This document shows positions 49,201-58,100 of a stretch of DNA of 64,000 bases, piece by piece. The DNA comes from a virus, in IMG/VR virus record IMGVR_UViG_3300044624_001994, positions 5,772-69,771 of that record, one strand, 5' to 3'. The position numbers and the translations under genes were made by a program. A model generated the notes under the pieces. The model saw only the letters and a list, made by a program, of their open reading frames with translations. It searched no databases and had not been told where the DNA came from. Every line of letters begins with the position of its first letter. The first letter of the stretch is position 1.

Positions 49201-52200
49201 AATTGGTCAACTGCATCAATACCAACAGCTTCAATTTTCATCCTTTCATTTGCATGCTTTTGTGTTACTTTTTCAAGTAATTTTATATCATCAGTTTCTA
49301 AATCTCCACGTTTTAATGCACTGGCATTTTCGGGATTAAGCGCAAGACTTTCAAATTCACTTCTACTTAATGGAACGCCATTATAAGAAAACGAATACAC
49401 TTCTGCATCACTTTTAAGCGTTTCAATTTCAGCATCAATTACTTTTACCTTATCAAGTAATTTTGTTCTTTCACTTGAATTTCCATCAATATTGGCATCA
49501 AGACGATCGGCTTGTGAAATTAATTTATTTTTTTCGTACTGCAATGCAGAGTATCTATCAAATTGCTTAGATTTAAAATCAAACGGTATGTCACCATTTT
49601 GTGCTTCCATGAACATGTTGTATGCATGTTTCATAATTTGTCTTGCATCGGCAATTTCTTCTTCTGATATTACTCCTTGGGCTTCTAATGTATCAATTGT
49701 TTTAATCAATTGGTCAAGCCTTCCTTTCATTGATTCTGCAGAAACATCTTTAGCACTATAATCGTTAAAATATTTCTTTACTTGCTTATTTATTTGACCT
49801 AATGCGGACCTGTCTTGAAATCCACCCATACCAACAGCAAATACTAATTCCATAACTCCACCAACTGCCATTATTTCTTGACCTGCATCTGACATTGCAA
49901 ATTCTTGAAATGTAATATATGGGTCAGTTGCTGTTACGTTTTTATATTCTTGAAAAAGTTCCTCTGCTGCTCCAGTTGTAATTTGCAAAGCACCTTTACC
50001 ACCATAACCAACAATAGTTTTAAAAACATCTAATTTTTTATTTGTACTTCCAGCTGCACGTATTTTACCTGACTTTTTAAATATATCATAGAATTGCAAT
50101 GCATCAACTGCTATTAATTGTAAATTTCCATCTCTAACATGATTAAATTGCCTTAACGCCTCATCGTATGTTTCTCCATTTGCTAAGGCCTCTTGAAAAG
50201 TTCCTGCGGCTTCCATGTTTGCCTCAATAACCCTTGATGACGCTGCACCAACAACAGACGCAATAGCTGTTCTTGATGACATTGATAAGCCAGTGCGTGC
50301 AAATAGTCCAATAGAGCCTCTTGTTACTATACTTCCTACTCCTGCTCCTGGTATCATTAATGGGGCCATACTACCTGCATTTGAGATATACCAATCTGGC
50401 TTTAAAAGGTCCATTAAATCAAAATTACCAAAATCAGGTGTTGGAATATTTGCTCTTATTGAATTATTTGCAGCAAGTCCATAGTCTGGAAATTGAAATG
50501 ATGGTGCAAAGTATTTTATGCTGCCAAATATAGCATCTTGTAGATTTTGCGTACCATTATACAAAGACGATAACATTTGCTCCGCAACGCCCATCCTATC
50601 CCATCTCATTTTTTTTAATTTCTTATCATAGGTTTCCATTTCATCCATATAAACCTCTGCAATAGTTTTATACTTATTTTCATATTCCGCCTTTGATATT
50701 CCATATCTTTTCTTAAAATCTTCATCTGAAACACCTGTAAATTTTTCCAAGTCTTTCATTTGAGTTTCAAGTAATTTTGCCCTACTTTTTAAATTTTGTT
50801 CATCATTAATTGCCATTTCAAGCAATTTTGACTTTCGGGTATTAAATATTTTATAGAGGTCTTGGTATTCTTGATTAGATGTCAAAAGAATATTTTCTAA
50901 TATTTTATTTGCATCCACCGCTTTAATTTTGCCCGCATCAACATCTGCTTGTAAAGTTTTCTTTTTTTCTTCTAATTCCCTTAATTTATTGTTTTGCCAT
51001 GTTTTGCTTTGTGATTCCCATTCTTTATTTATATCATTACCTAATTTTTCGAATTTTGCTTTATACACAGATACATCTCTTGTAAATTGGTCATTAGCAA
51101 CACCAATATTAGCTGCCATTTTTTTAGCTTGCTCTTCTAACTCTTTATTTTCTAAAGTTAATTGTTCAGGTGTAGGTAAATTTAATTTTTCTAATGCTCT
51201 ATTTATTCTACCTTCAAGTAAATCTACATTCTCTTGATTATTAGCTCTTTCATACAAATATGTTCTAAGTGCTGATTTTTGTTCAACACTTAAATTAGGA
51301 TATTCTTTTAAAACTTCTTCTAAGTACGGTTGTACAAATCTTGCCCTATTTCTTATTGTTGGAGCTAATCCTTTAACCCTCATATTTGGGCCAATAGATG
51401 GAGTGTTTAATTCTTGTGCTATCCAAGTACCCCATGTTGCTTCATGTTCTTGATAGTATTTATCCCATTCTGCTTTTAATTCACCATATCCTTGTTGAAT
51501 TTCTTCTTTAGACATTCCGGCTTTTTTAGCCTCTGCAAGCCAATCTTCAAGAAATGCTTGATTGTATCTACCACCAGTTACTGCATCATATAAATCAGTT
51601 TTTTCTTTTAATTTTTCATAAGCAGTATTCTGTATATTTTCCCAGCTATTTTTATCATTTTTTTTCTTTTCCTCATCTTTTTCTGCCATTTTAATTAAAG
51701 ACTCATTAAGAGATTGAACCTCTTTTAAAGCCTTATCTTCTTTTGCAAAAAATTGCTGTGCTGCAATTGGCACATCTTGTTGTGGAAGACTTCTCATGTA
51801 ACTATCTTCATGCTGTACTTCTTTATACGCTTCTACTCTTCTATCTTCCAGCCTTGAAATCATTTCCTTTTCTCTACTATCATCAATAGAGCCGCTTACT
51901 TTTAACTGTTTTACATTTTCTATTTTTTGGTCATATTCTGCTTTAACCTCAGTTAATTTTGTATTGTATTCTTTGGTTTTTCTTGCTTCTTCTTCTCTAA
52001 TTGGTTTATTCGTAAATTTTTCAATACCATATTCAAATGGTGAACGATACAACATTGCACCAGCATTTATATCTTCTTCAGTATAATCTTTTACTCCGTA
52101 AGCATCAACACCACCAACCAAATTATTTGCGTAAGGATTTGTCCAATTATTTGTTTGCGTTGTGGTATTGTCTACTGGATTATCATTTGTAATATATTTA

Positions 52201-52523
52201 CTGAAGAGGTCCAGAAATGCGTTTCTTTGTTCTTCTTCTTTTGATGAACCAGTTGTAGATTCTTGCGAGGATGTTTCTTTTGGAACTTGATTTTTTTTTT
52301 GCTCTACTGGCTTTGTACCATCGCCAAAAATACTATTATTAAAAGCGTTGTAATCTTTATACTTGTCAGATATTAAATCTTTTTGCACAAGATAATTATG
52401 CAATTCTTTTCTTTCTGCATCTGTCGAAAAATCTCTTAACAACGCTTCTTCAGTTGTTCCTCCATAAATTTTATTTTCATTCAAAAACTTAATAAGTCTT
52501 TGTCTTTCTATTGGATCCGGCAT
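37245..52523 (-). CDS. Giant (5092 aa) polyvalent, probably virion-ejected protein: ParB-like (ddrB-type), SF2 helicase, zincin peptidase, LPD38-like C-terminus
   Basis: GAPVVNERGELVQGTGR (~45050-45300); DSMGVGKT, DEAH, STATP, TGISL, QVMGRVSR (~41450-42680); HELGH (~40720); IPKPFEYG (~38120). Confidence 0.8.
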   Translation of the reverse strand: MPDPIERQRLIKFLNENKIYGGTTEEALLRDFSTDAERKELHNYLVQKDLISDKYKDYNAFNNSIFGDGTKPVEQKKNQVPKETSSQESTTGSSKEEEQRNAFLDLFSKYITNDNPVDNTTTQTNNWTNPYANNLVGGVDAYGVKDYTEEDINAGAMLYRSPFEYGIEKFTNKPIREEEARKTKEYNTKLTEVKAEYDQKIENVKQLKVSGSIDDSREKEMISRLEDRRVEAYKEVQHEDSYMRSLPQQDVPIAAQQFFAKEDKALKEVQSLNESLIKMAEKDEEKKKNDKNSWENIQNTAYEKLKEKTDLYDAVTGGRYNQAFLEDWLAEAKKAGMSKEEIQQGYGELKAEWDKYYQEHEATWGTWIAQELNTPSIGPNMRVKGLAPTIRNRARFVQPYLEEVLKEYPNLSVEQKSALRTYLYERANNQENVDLLEGRINRALEKLNLPTPEQLTLENKELEEQAKKMAANIGVANDQFTRDVSVYKAKFEKLGNDINKEWESQSKTWQNNKLRELEEKKKTLQADVDAGKIKAVDANKILENILLTSNQEYQDLYKIFNTRKSKLLEMAINDEQNLKSRAKLLETQMKDLEKFTGVSDEDFKKRYGISKAEYENKYKTIAEVYMDEMETYDKKLKKMRWDRMGVAEQMLSSLYNGTQNLQDAIFGSIKYFAPSFQFPDYGLAANNSIRANIPTPDFGNFDLMDLLKPDWYISNAGSMAPLMIPGAGVGSIVTRGSIGLFARTGLSMSSRTAIASVVGAASSRVIEANMEAAGTFQEALANGETYDEALRQFNHVRDGNLQLIAVDALQFYDIFKKSGKIRAAGSTNKKLDVFKTIVGYGGKGALQITTGAAEELFQEYKNVTATDPYITFQEFAMSDAGQEIMAVGGVMELVFAVGMGGFQDRSALGQINKQVKKYFNDYSAKDVSAESMKGRLDQLIKTIDTLEAQGVISEEEIADARQIMKHAYNMFMEAQNGDIPFDFKSKQFDRYSALQYEKNKLISQADRLDANIDGNSSERTKLLDKVKVIDAEIETLKSDAEVYSFSYNGVPLSRSEFESLALNPENASALKRGDLETDDIKLLEKVTQKHANERMKIEAVGIDAVDQFAAEQLPKLPGGTERRLLTEAANKLTPEILEQTKASLEQKLKDAEAKIEEVRAGGNLVQAIQDKRNIEKQLLGLNMLIETKKSDAESGQIGYGKEGQGKGEGAGKTTMTQAELDAEIQKLKSQRNDELDSKKDELDNEVTVDNTAQIEELKKQKQAELDKLPDGGIVADELTPEEKARKQELINALSQPDNGKGTVTIGDELIDRKDAEAELDDIMTIEDSAVITTSPEADKISKEYDQKIKELEQASKTGGKTVMDEIVDRYDQQIEELKAKTVVREKQQPVAETTAEQDAEIQKLKSQRNDELDSKRDQLDDLLPDGSGKTVMDDIIDRYDKMIDDVKTKKPATKETVKPTKELTPTQQAEIQKIKDERNAELENNKDYLDDVYSIGSDKTVMDEIIERYDKKIEDYKAGLQKEGFTPVGRGNAPTTTGKGNVPATGTGGFTAPPKKEENPALKDVESTAKALEGKDITKEIPAQEINALNKQLYEKVIERTKELVSKGIKDFESDEEYRSLKEQIELSEQLLKNDANAISEAYHKAKADGSNPMLVDAVEKLLGKEMPTSQKSNAEAIAEIEKNRQDELKEYPYYVTIEDSPNFPGAKFYRLFRTSEHRPDKSPKSQNVNSGNFESKPKFKPYLETEQDFNKAYDPETISKINEINKRYDAEIAALEGKTPQPAKVKPDIILSGLAEGFKAVSKNSFDVRSSTQVMNNISSGKSFSEIIEYKGKKYVVVGLRLDTARPSTTVGRDNYSFAVAELNENTPQNIEEILEASAKENFKNIYSDFNDNDVIKPITEQNKELAELAAKEKQQQPIPEKITRKYIESLNGVPLKLLEVLQSVPELKDIVDEAIELQKELNRIKELSGGRRPDDFFNYPTLNPIRLTSDFITSNKTTPEKKELSLNDFKQDMEAVKAFLKNKPTDSELAQIKEKRELSEKKKDEEIAKKQAEVRQRIEQINEIEKNEAEFIASIGKDDSRSIAKYLYDGITKEQIKNVNDVRLAMSKEAGKKIPLSKVMDIMKRPDINYSIQNYIAALKNDNLNLFETVRAEKIIKILENVSKSPSGFTAKESKTQKTARLLNEANAPTRFQPDDKVIFTAKDGTETEVSFRGYNGANAAVIVGPAGSGIGQMQVDVTQLKYSANQELNNNDKSDLEKVTQTATGYIEEVLGKDSDTESINEVLADRQDAIDRAVRNPKLSEQIAKVYQDALKNNNNPELVEAVESIIGRPVESVDRRESFVARTTNPNLTEETTEKNTENDVKKDIRRGYRVVDGEKYFRPDPIADKIEGRDTVVYFTPKTKVPAKYVLLEADEVQQSHYKGDPNMHFFLGAAQPKPRGLGEYFALAGQIKAMALESPLAVEGPIAYIGAPVVNERGELVQGTGRTEGLKIAYNEYPDKAQEYKEYLIQNAALFGLDPNVVKNMKAPILVRMIQTTDEQAITLGNYMDTDMIDVGGPQAQAIARIRRADKGKFRQAVTVLLENADPDETINQAIRSAGKKFIDLLIDAGVINRQEAMQNIFEGKLSSDLAKALEDAIFQLGLEGGHPNLWQEVNRLPQYAEDAIKRIIIPMLSTNYERSYQNDLHMAIIGMREYYNTAALSKGLRFDSWIQMQEANDTEIPLKRYNPVQLAMMKLFIDIERLNPELKTPTKKHQAILKVFTDYEKTVRTNVKEGEISMLETLGYEIPSIEEAFNLAFKNNKLNLKIEDYDTTTAIEGEGATGPDLFGTEGNTAGELSFTAPEGKTGRDEETRRKQDETSNKDLGIVADEKGGFETEKGRQETIGADNAISIFNEMIKNGVDPEIALANIEESLINSGMHPDMVKTIYDMVFEEYSKQNAEKGIPPAQTELEKKSETAETEKELEAANEEFDNYVDEVEIILTADIAKDMYKKGLISGDDYFYIQEYLSGDTNTVYAESFEAAKKLIPDYKESLKTSKKSAAKKQATPRKTPTKPKTESKAKNVKDKKAETNKNLNDALKDLDNLFKNLGKGPESKQTDVKVIDIIRAGVKVGYYAVEQFKETFANNPDSITREEWDKFMIEKIGDRIKPYLNDIWNSKIPPSLDTTTPRFSDYTKSVQDKVRFEAKRKTQEKVAEGDQEVESKEALGFEADGKQSLPIEQKKQPGVRPPLRYHNYDKMPKDTEQFVPAERYGADLDEHQRYAVNLMLTNWYTNDKKAFLLNDSMGVGKTRQMIAAAVEVAERTGKPVLIVTENKQIIETAFGPDALAMGIDLQAKGIKLITYNSLEKESDGDYGLVIYDEAHNLKNYSGRYKASEKIKTDKVLYSTATPGDKIENAMYFMPEMMGMTKQEFMDAFGIIITENGFARNGRVSMTDTVKKINDVMQKAYQEGMSIRREYPFWGTISNDKMELTPEQIDEIDNVTYAWDTRIDRVKKGPYTDKRTGQQLTSNGNRSWDGRYKGLSEYDMDLLDDKIQRELREQKINMLDKLVESYKAKAVAIRIKNDLANGKSVVVVSQNVNDIKIKGLDGNGYSMTEVTRPSFLMNLKAELAAAGIKFSEVTAKTDKSEAVRKFQNGEVNVIIGSMDSMSTGISLDDTVGSRPRVLYVAQASYDANVFNQVMGRVSRRNTKSEAQAIVLYGNTPSETNKESKVTRKTGILGMFQGYGVDPATQTELDKMDEFEAVVEKKKEERQKKRDEKKEGVKHNVKLEVVTVPGAGTQFISIKNSFPMKDILKALGGNYNIKFKVWNFPIDRKAELEALIEKFNNGTLTPEEINKATHKHLSTTNPIPGTSTGSPTLTPDGERVKVAPLYGMSPVKVAKIIRDARNKLKAFMKYGYPGSPRAAGSYNTINAAIMIRKVNDLDVIVHELGHLIQDYKKLTPTDDQFDAELSKFWPFGSPPPEGASEAAAMAYLRGEGIAEFTRAYMLNPAEAKRLAPEFYDFFEQAVGEQDLANITSIGQTLRGLMGLDSFQKAIATNQMNEYDLSATSSARENLARWWDNRLVAWGFKQYDMTAFKMSFIDKVKRAFSDEKQALIKAQKQLMGIKGMQEIRPSKNPYWLARQLPGIGDKIGLLQQDGMVRLGPKGYTQAMDTNPKTGKKEAITLRWLSEPFGMLEAGFKGFKKRLKEIVEAKQLVGSYMVAERTVELSKRFAKEEIFDMYKISDADYAQIKYEFYNIDRKTTDPVKNAEEKAQFLLDNGFRINIDNVATIDKLMDWVNSDYDTLHPDISNHPLLNKIKQRVISGLGLLGQNDFDAAKELLNAVKTELTPEKQEMLKEAARRYRVFADQILFYMMDHGRLSPEFVKEIKDNNLQYVAMNRVMSSTPGFDTNFDDSTQASLFKTASGRQTFDDKIVGSSRDRFDPYENLMTNMYKAIEEADTNYMLNQFADLLRSNRGMEQGSPQATANIGRQIQMAPNQQIGDRPAIVIFNNGVREVWEFDPAVYEALSTTFKGDKQSALLNMTLNIVGAQAKLVRFTATKNPFFAARNIIRDLQQQLFISRTLYNNFNTRAAMEEYGFSKQEIDNILEIATLTRSDADKMLQLYGGGQAGYYTKSREHYYAALYREMRKFAKKGSGSIVVDFQTLKNIYNNYDNWLAQGERVTRVTEYQSAYKYAMTKLGYDEYDAALYAAYQARDLMDFAKIGTVMKLINRVIPFSNAQLQGQLRMLQAMRENPAQAFSSIIAGAALPSIFFYAMAYLGGYEDEYMELPPHERDLFYNFKIPAVSNEMIRIPKPFEYGLMGTSAERLVQGIHTKDMEKAFRGHIGSYGNAYSLFNPNKLKWDIIGTLKPIVEVSTNYNTFYKSTIIPYGESKVPVADREKEGTGSYLGNILGDALGGQDSRNIDHLIKSYFTFFGEVGTKTVETLRPGVPERDDYESEKEYNAALNKYKPGDDKNSFIGKASWESESIFDNAIDIMKISGFIRKSDIENITAVQGIKEMANKYDLWQSSDYNDLEKVIEAFVSTQEDGDRKGAYEQFIKDAEVIYKIWREKTAEYDKFLNNGYIEIGNETIYLNKKSYVKKKLFNN

Positions 52524-52564
52524 AATTTATTTATTAATATTTTTCTATAATTTTGTTTTATATC

Positions 52565-54331
52565 TTAGAATTTTTTCTTTTTTGTATCTTCAGTATTTGT
52601 GTTTCCAGTATTTGTGTTTCCGGTATTCTTTTGTTGAAATACATTACCGTCACCATAATTAAATCCTTCTCCGAGTACTTCTTGAAATCTTCTTTTTCCT
52701 TGTACGCCTTTTAATGCTGACATATAATAACGATTAGATGAAGAAGATGGGAAACTTCTAATTCCATTTTCAGGGTCATCCACAGGATTATTTGACAAAT
52801 CATAGACTATATATTCATATTCGTCAGTTTTACTTGTAGTTACACCAAATTGGGTTTCAGATTTTAATGTTCCTGGGTCTTTTTTAGCTTTAACTACTAA
52901 TACTTCACCTTTACTGCTGTTAATTTTTTCTTTTTGCTCAGGATTGAATAGAGTAACATCAAAACCTCCTAACCATCCACTTCCGAAACTAAATGTTTCG
53001 CTTTGGCCTGGAGTATATGCTTCTATAATTGTAGAACCATCTTCTGTTTTAGTTCCTATAATATATCCTTGTGATTGTTCTTTAGCAATTTTCTGCTCTT
53101 CTGCTGTTTTTCCAAGTTTTCCAACTAATGCCTTTCTCCAAATATCATGGTCTTTTTTAATTTCTTGGGTTGTATAACCAGTACCTTCAATGCCTTGTAT
53201 TTCATCTAATTGACTACCTCTATCAATTTCTATTTCCACTTGCGTTTTCATGTATCTTTCTAACCACTTAACAGCTCCATCGTAATCTTTTACTCGTTCT
53301 CCTTCGGGTGCATCTTTTGTAGTTTCTTTTAAAAAATCCAATAACTTAGGCTGTAAAGCTAAATTTGCTTTAGCAGTTTCTGTCCATCTTTCAGGAGGTA
53401 CATCTTTTACATTTTTCCACGTTGTTTTGCCAAGTTCATACTCGTACTTTCCTTTTTCTACATTAGGTTTAGGTAATACAATAGCTTTTAAATCAAACGG
53501 TTTTTTATCATAATAATTTTCAAGCTGCATTTTACCTAAAACCTCTTCCTGTGACACACCAGCTTCCTTTGCCTTTGTTTCTATTTCAGAAAACATTTCA
53601 GGACTTTGTTGCTTAATATTTGCAAGGTCAGCTTTTAATGTTAAAACATATTCTCTTTTACTTGGGTCTGCTACTGCTTGACTTATATGACCTTGTAGTC
53701 TTTCTTCAGATGGTTCTGGGTCTGTTGTTGCTATTTGTGCTGCAAATTCACCTAAAAATTTAGTTCTATTAAATTCTGGTCTTGCAATTTCTAAATTTGG
53801 AGGCAGTAATCCTTTTTCTTTAATTTCTTTTAAACTATATTGAGAAAACCATGCTAACAAATTGTCTTTACTTTCTTGTGTGTATTTTCCTTCTTTGTCA
53901 GCATCAATAACAGCTTTTTCTTTAACGTACATGTCTTTGACCTGCTGTGACATTTTCGCATCTTGGTCAAATAAATCCAATTCAGTTCTGTATCTTAATG
54001 CCTCAGGCGTAGTTCCGTTTAACGGATCTACACCTGCTGCCATAAGTTGACCACCAAATGTCATTAATTCATTTGCCTTTCCTGTCATTTCAGCATCATG
54101 TTGAATCCACCAAGATTCTGTACCGGGTCTTTTTTTATCCGCTTCTTTTTTAGCTTCAACTGCTGCCTTTTTTTCCTCAGCTTTTAACTTTTGTTGGTCG
54201 TCTATTAGACTTGTAAATGCTGCCAACGAATCATCCGCTTCGCCAAGAACAACTGCTCTGTCAACACCCTGTTGACCAGTATAAACCGAACCTATTGTAC
54301 CGCCGGGTCCTCCAAATTGATTTGCTGCCAT
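52565..54331 (-). CDS. Putative internal virion/ejection protein
   Basis: 588 aa, helical and charged; between the pilot-like and giant genes. Confidence 0.5.
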   Translation of the reverse strand: MAANQFGGPGGTIGSVYTGQQGVDRAVVLGEADDSLAAFTSLIDDQQKLKAEEKKAAVEAKKEADKKRPGTESWWIQHDAEMTGKANELMTFGGQLMAAGVDPLNGTTPEALRYRTELDLFDQDAKMSQQVKDMYVKEKAVIDADKEGKYTQESKDNLLAWFSQYSLKEIKEKGLLPPNLEIARPEFNRTKFLGEFAAQIATTDPEPSEERLQGHISQAVADPSKREYVLTLKADLANIKQQSPEMFSEIETKAKEAGVSQEEVLGKMQLENYYDKKPFDLKAIVLPKPNVEKGKYEYELGKTTWKNVKDVPPERWTETAKANLALQPKLLDFLKETTKDAPEGERVKDYDGAVKWLERYMKTQVEIEIDRGSQLDEIQGIEGTGYTTQEIKKDHDIWRKALVGKLGKTAEEQKIAKEQSQGYIIGTKTEDGSTIIEAYTPGQSETFSFGSGWLGGFDVTLFNPEQKEKINSSKGEVLVVKAKKDPGTLKSETQFGVTTSKTDEYEYIVYDLSNNPVDDPENGIRSFPSSSSNRYYMSALKGVQGKRRFQEVLGEGFNYGDGNVFQQKNTGNTNTGNTNTEDTKKKKF

Positions 54332-55185
54332 TATTCGTTTGGATTATAATCGTAATAATTTAAATCTGTTGCGCCATAGCCACTACTTGTAAATGGAGTG
54401 CCAGGTCCAGTAACATTTCTATTACCGAAATTATTGTACATGTTAGGTGCGTCAAATGGCATTAAAGGGTTCATGCCCGCTTGCTTCATTTCATATTCTC
54501 TTAATGCTTTTGCGGCATCGGCACTATTGAATGAGTATTTTTTCTGACCACCACCCATTAGCGAACCACCCATTCCTGCGCCACCGCCTCCGCCGCCTCT
54601 ACCAACATTTACGCCCTTTTTCATGCCACCCATTAACCCACCAATTAAACTTGTGCCAATTCCAGCCAATGAATCAAGACCACCATAAATGTTTTGCCTT
54701 GCTGCTCCATACATATCTCTAAACTCGTTGTACTTGTCACGATATGGCGCAAACTTATTTATTTGCCATTCCTGGTCACGATAATCAGCTATTTGGCCCA
54801 ATGACTGCATGTATGCTTTTTCATTCGCCATTTGCTGATTTAACGCTTGCGTGTTTATCTCTCGCAATTGGTTTGCAGACTGACCTTGTATGTTAGAAAT
54901 CAATGCAAATGGATTACCTGCTTCAGATGATTGAGCAAAGGCATTTGCCGCTTGTTGCTCAACTCGGTCCATATATGCTCCTTGACCGGGCATAAATTTA
55001 TCAGCATATCTGTTTTGGGCAACATTCATTGACCTCAATGCTTCTTCGGGTGTTTTATATTCAGGCCTTTTAAGTCTTGACAATCCTATGCCTGCTTGTG
55101 CTTGTTGTTTCATTCCTGTAAACAACTGATATGCTGCCGGAACAGCAGAAGTTAATCCTCCTAAAATTGATAGTGGTATAAACAT
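54331..55185 (-). CDS. Putative pilot/ejection protein
   Basis: Gly/Ala/Gln/Met-rich with amphipathic N-terminus; position after the tail stabilisation gene. Confidence 0.5.
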   Translation of the reverse strand: MFIPLSILGGLTSAVPAAYQLFTGMKQQAQAGIGLSRLKRPEYKTPEEALRSMNVAQNRYADKFMPGQGAYMDRVEQQAANAFAQSSEAGNPFALISNIQGQSANQLREINTQALNQQMANEKAYMQSLGQIADYRDQEWQINKFAPYRDKYNEFRDMYGAARQNIYGGLDSLAGIGTSLIGGLMGGMKKGVNVGRGGGGGGAGMGGSLMGGGQKKYSFNSADAAKALREYEMKQAGMNPLMPFDAPNMYNNFGNRNVTGPGTPFTSSGYGATDLNYYDYNPNE

Positions 55186-55189
55186 AATT

Positions 55190-58100
55190 TTATGCTTTAG
55201 TGTCCATTGAAAGTGTATGCTCTACATCTACACGCCTTAATACGCTAAACTGGCTCGAATTTACTAACTCTAATTCTATTATCAAAATTTCTCCCCTTAA
55301 AACTCTTCCATTTAGCAATTTTCTTATTTCTCTTTCTGTCAAATTTGGTATAGAATTAAACCTTGGGTCTGGGTCAGTTTTATCCCTTAGAAAATCTGCT
55401 TTCCATATTCCTTCTTCAACAGAAAAATGCGATGGGGCTAATTCACTTAACATTCCATTAGGGTATGAATAGCTTTTTGGTGCATAGATGTATGGTGCTG
55501 ACCATTGATGGTCTGCTTGTATTTGCAAGTTCCACCAGTTTTTAACTGCTCTTGGTCCATTGTTGGAAACAAATTTTACTTTTGCATTGTACTGGCTGCC
55601 AAAAAAATTGCAATGAACACTACCAATGCCATTGTGTAACCAAAGAATACCATCTTTAAATGATACCAATTTATCACCAACAGCTTGATGCCATTCACCT
55701 ACATAGTCATTAAAATTATTCCAACGATTTTTGCCTTCAGCAAATTCTATATTCATTCCTTCTTCAAATAAATCATTTGGCATAAATGACATTCCATACA
55801 TGCCGTATTCTCGGTGAAAATATCCATAAACCCTTGTAAGTTTTCTGTTTACAGGAAATAATTCTCTGCCAATGTTATTAAAATATCTCTTGGCTTTATA
55901 ATCAGAAATTGAATACTGGCCATTAGTTGCATATCTCCACACTATACCCTGGTATAAATCTAAGCCATAGACATACCCATCTTGTTCAATAACCGATTCG
56001 GGATTATGCGTACCATAGTCAAATTTTAGTTCATCCGCAATGTTTAAAATTTGGTCTGAACGCCCAATAGAACCTGCCCCAGTCAAATCCAATATTCTAT
56101 CCTTGCCTACATATATCGGTTGTGTTTTGTTTTGACACACGCAAAGCAATACATTATCAGCAGCTATCATCTTCATGATAGTGCCATACTTTAAATCCAA
56201 TGATTGGAAATCAATTGATTTATATGCCGACAAACCATTAATTTTAGAATCAGGTATGTATATGCCCGACAATCTTATCCTGTTAAAATAAAATCTTTCT
56301 CCAAAATCATCATCTTTTACATTTGGCCTTCCAATGTCGGAAAATTCACTATCAAATCTATCTGTTATACTTGCATTTTCTACTTGATAATTAAATGTTA
56401 CTGTATCACCAACAGAATAGTTCTTTACCCTCCAATAAGTATCGCCACCTGCCAAAAATCCTTCTGCCGGCTGAACACCTACAATTTGATTTTGTAATGT
56501 TCCAGCATGCCTTCTTGTTGGCAAACCTGCATCAAGTATTTTATGACATTCTCCCATTTCAAAAAATACTACTTCTTCATTTTTTTGAGGAGTATATGCT
56601 TCAATTAACCATCCTGCTTTAATTTCTCTAAATATCTCCGGGGTTTCTATGACAAGATAGTATTTAAGGCCATCTCTATAAATACCAACAATTTCAAAGT
56701 CATAAATGCCTGTATTTATTACCAATGTACCAGTATCGTCTAAGATAAATCTTATTCGGTCTTTAGGTTGTGCCGAAAACCCATTTAAGTTAGTGCCAAA
56801 GAAAAACCATTCTACACTATTGCTTGTAGGTACATCATCAACTATCAATCCACTTAGCTCCAGCATAACGTGCGTGGCATCTCCACTTGAAAAAGATGTT
56901 GGAACTGGAGTTGCTTCAACTGAAGATATAATTGAGTATTCAACTGAATTTATAATCCATTGTAAATATCTCCTGTAATAACTGTCTTTTGTAAGTACAA
57001 CACGATAATGCGTTGCCCATTCTGGCGGTTGACTATAAATTGTCCATACTGGACTTGCACGAGTAAATCCAACGCCTGTTTCAGTAAAATACGGAATACG
57101 CAACACATCGCCTTCAGCAACTGTTGCTTTTCTATTACCACGATCTTCATACACAATACCAGTACGATATACACCACCACGTTTTAAATACCTATCCAAC
57201 TGAACTATTGCCCCATTTATAGGATAAACAATTGTGGTTGCAGTATAAGGATTAGTTGAATCATACGGACTTGAACAGAAATTAGAAACATCTGGAGTTT
57301 GTGATTGTATGTTTGGAGGATAGTCATAGCAATTGTCTGTTGGATATGTAGAAATTAAATTGTCATCATTACGATAATCGAAGTCATAAGGACAATAAAT
57401 AGTTATTGAATAACCACCAAGTATATCAGTAAACTGAGGTCTGCCATTTCTTTGATACCATACTAACACATTTTTTAAAGGCGTTCCATTGTTTTCTTCA
57501 ATATTGCCTTCAATAATTGTTTTGTTTTTGGTAGTTACAACTTTATCTACATTATAGATAATAACTTGTGTTGCTAAGTTTAATCTAAAATTTGTTAAAC
57601 CATCTCCATTAGAATCAACATCTGTATTAGTCCATAATGCTTCTAAACCATTGTTATACATAACAAGCCCAGTATCAGGCGGTGATGCACCTGCCCACTG
57701 TAAATTTCTTGTTGTATTTGCACAAGCATCTCTGACAGCGATTCTCGTTTCTTTTATATCTGATAAATCTTGATTGATAAAAAATGGGTCAAACATAGCT
57801 GTTAACCATAATGTCCATCCATAGCCATTATGGTCTGTAACCAAATTAGAACTTAATGAAAAATCAATAGTTACGCCATCTAAATAGTTACCCAAAGGAA
57901 CCCATTGGAAAAGCAAGCTACCGTTCCATCCTTGCAAAAATATATTTTGTCTTTCTACGCCAATAGCACCTCTTCTAATAGAATTTGTACTTGCATTTCC
58001 ATTAGCATCTAAATAATAAAATTCACAACCGGCATACGCATTGTTAAATGGTACTGCATCTGATGTTACGCCTATTTCCCAATTTTGTATTAATATTGGT

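Noticed and set aside
52591-52626. 15-bp tandem repeat CAGTATTTGTGTTTC
   Set aside because: Simply encodes a low-complexity NTGNT tail.
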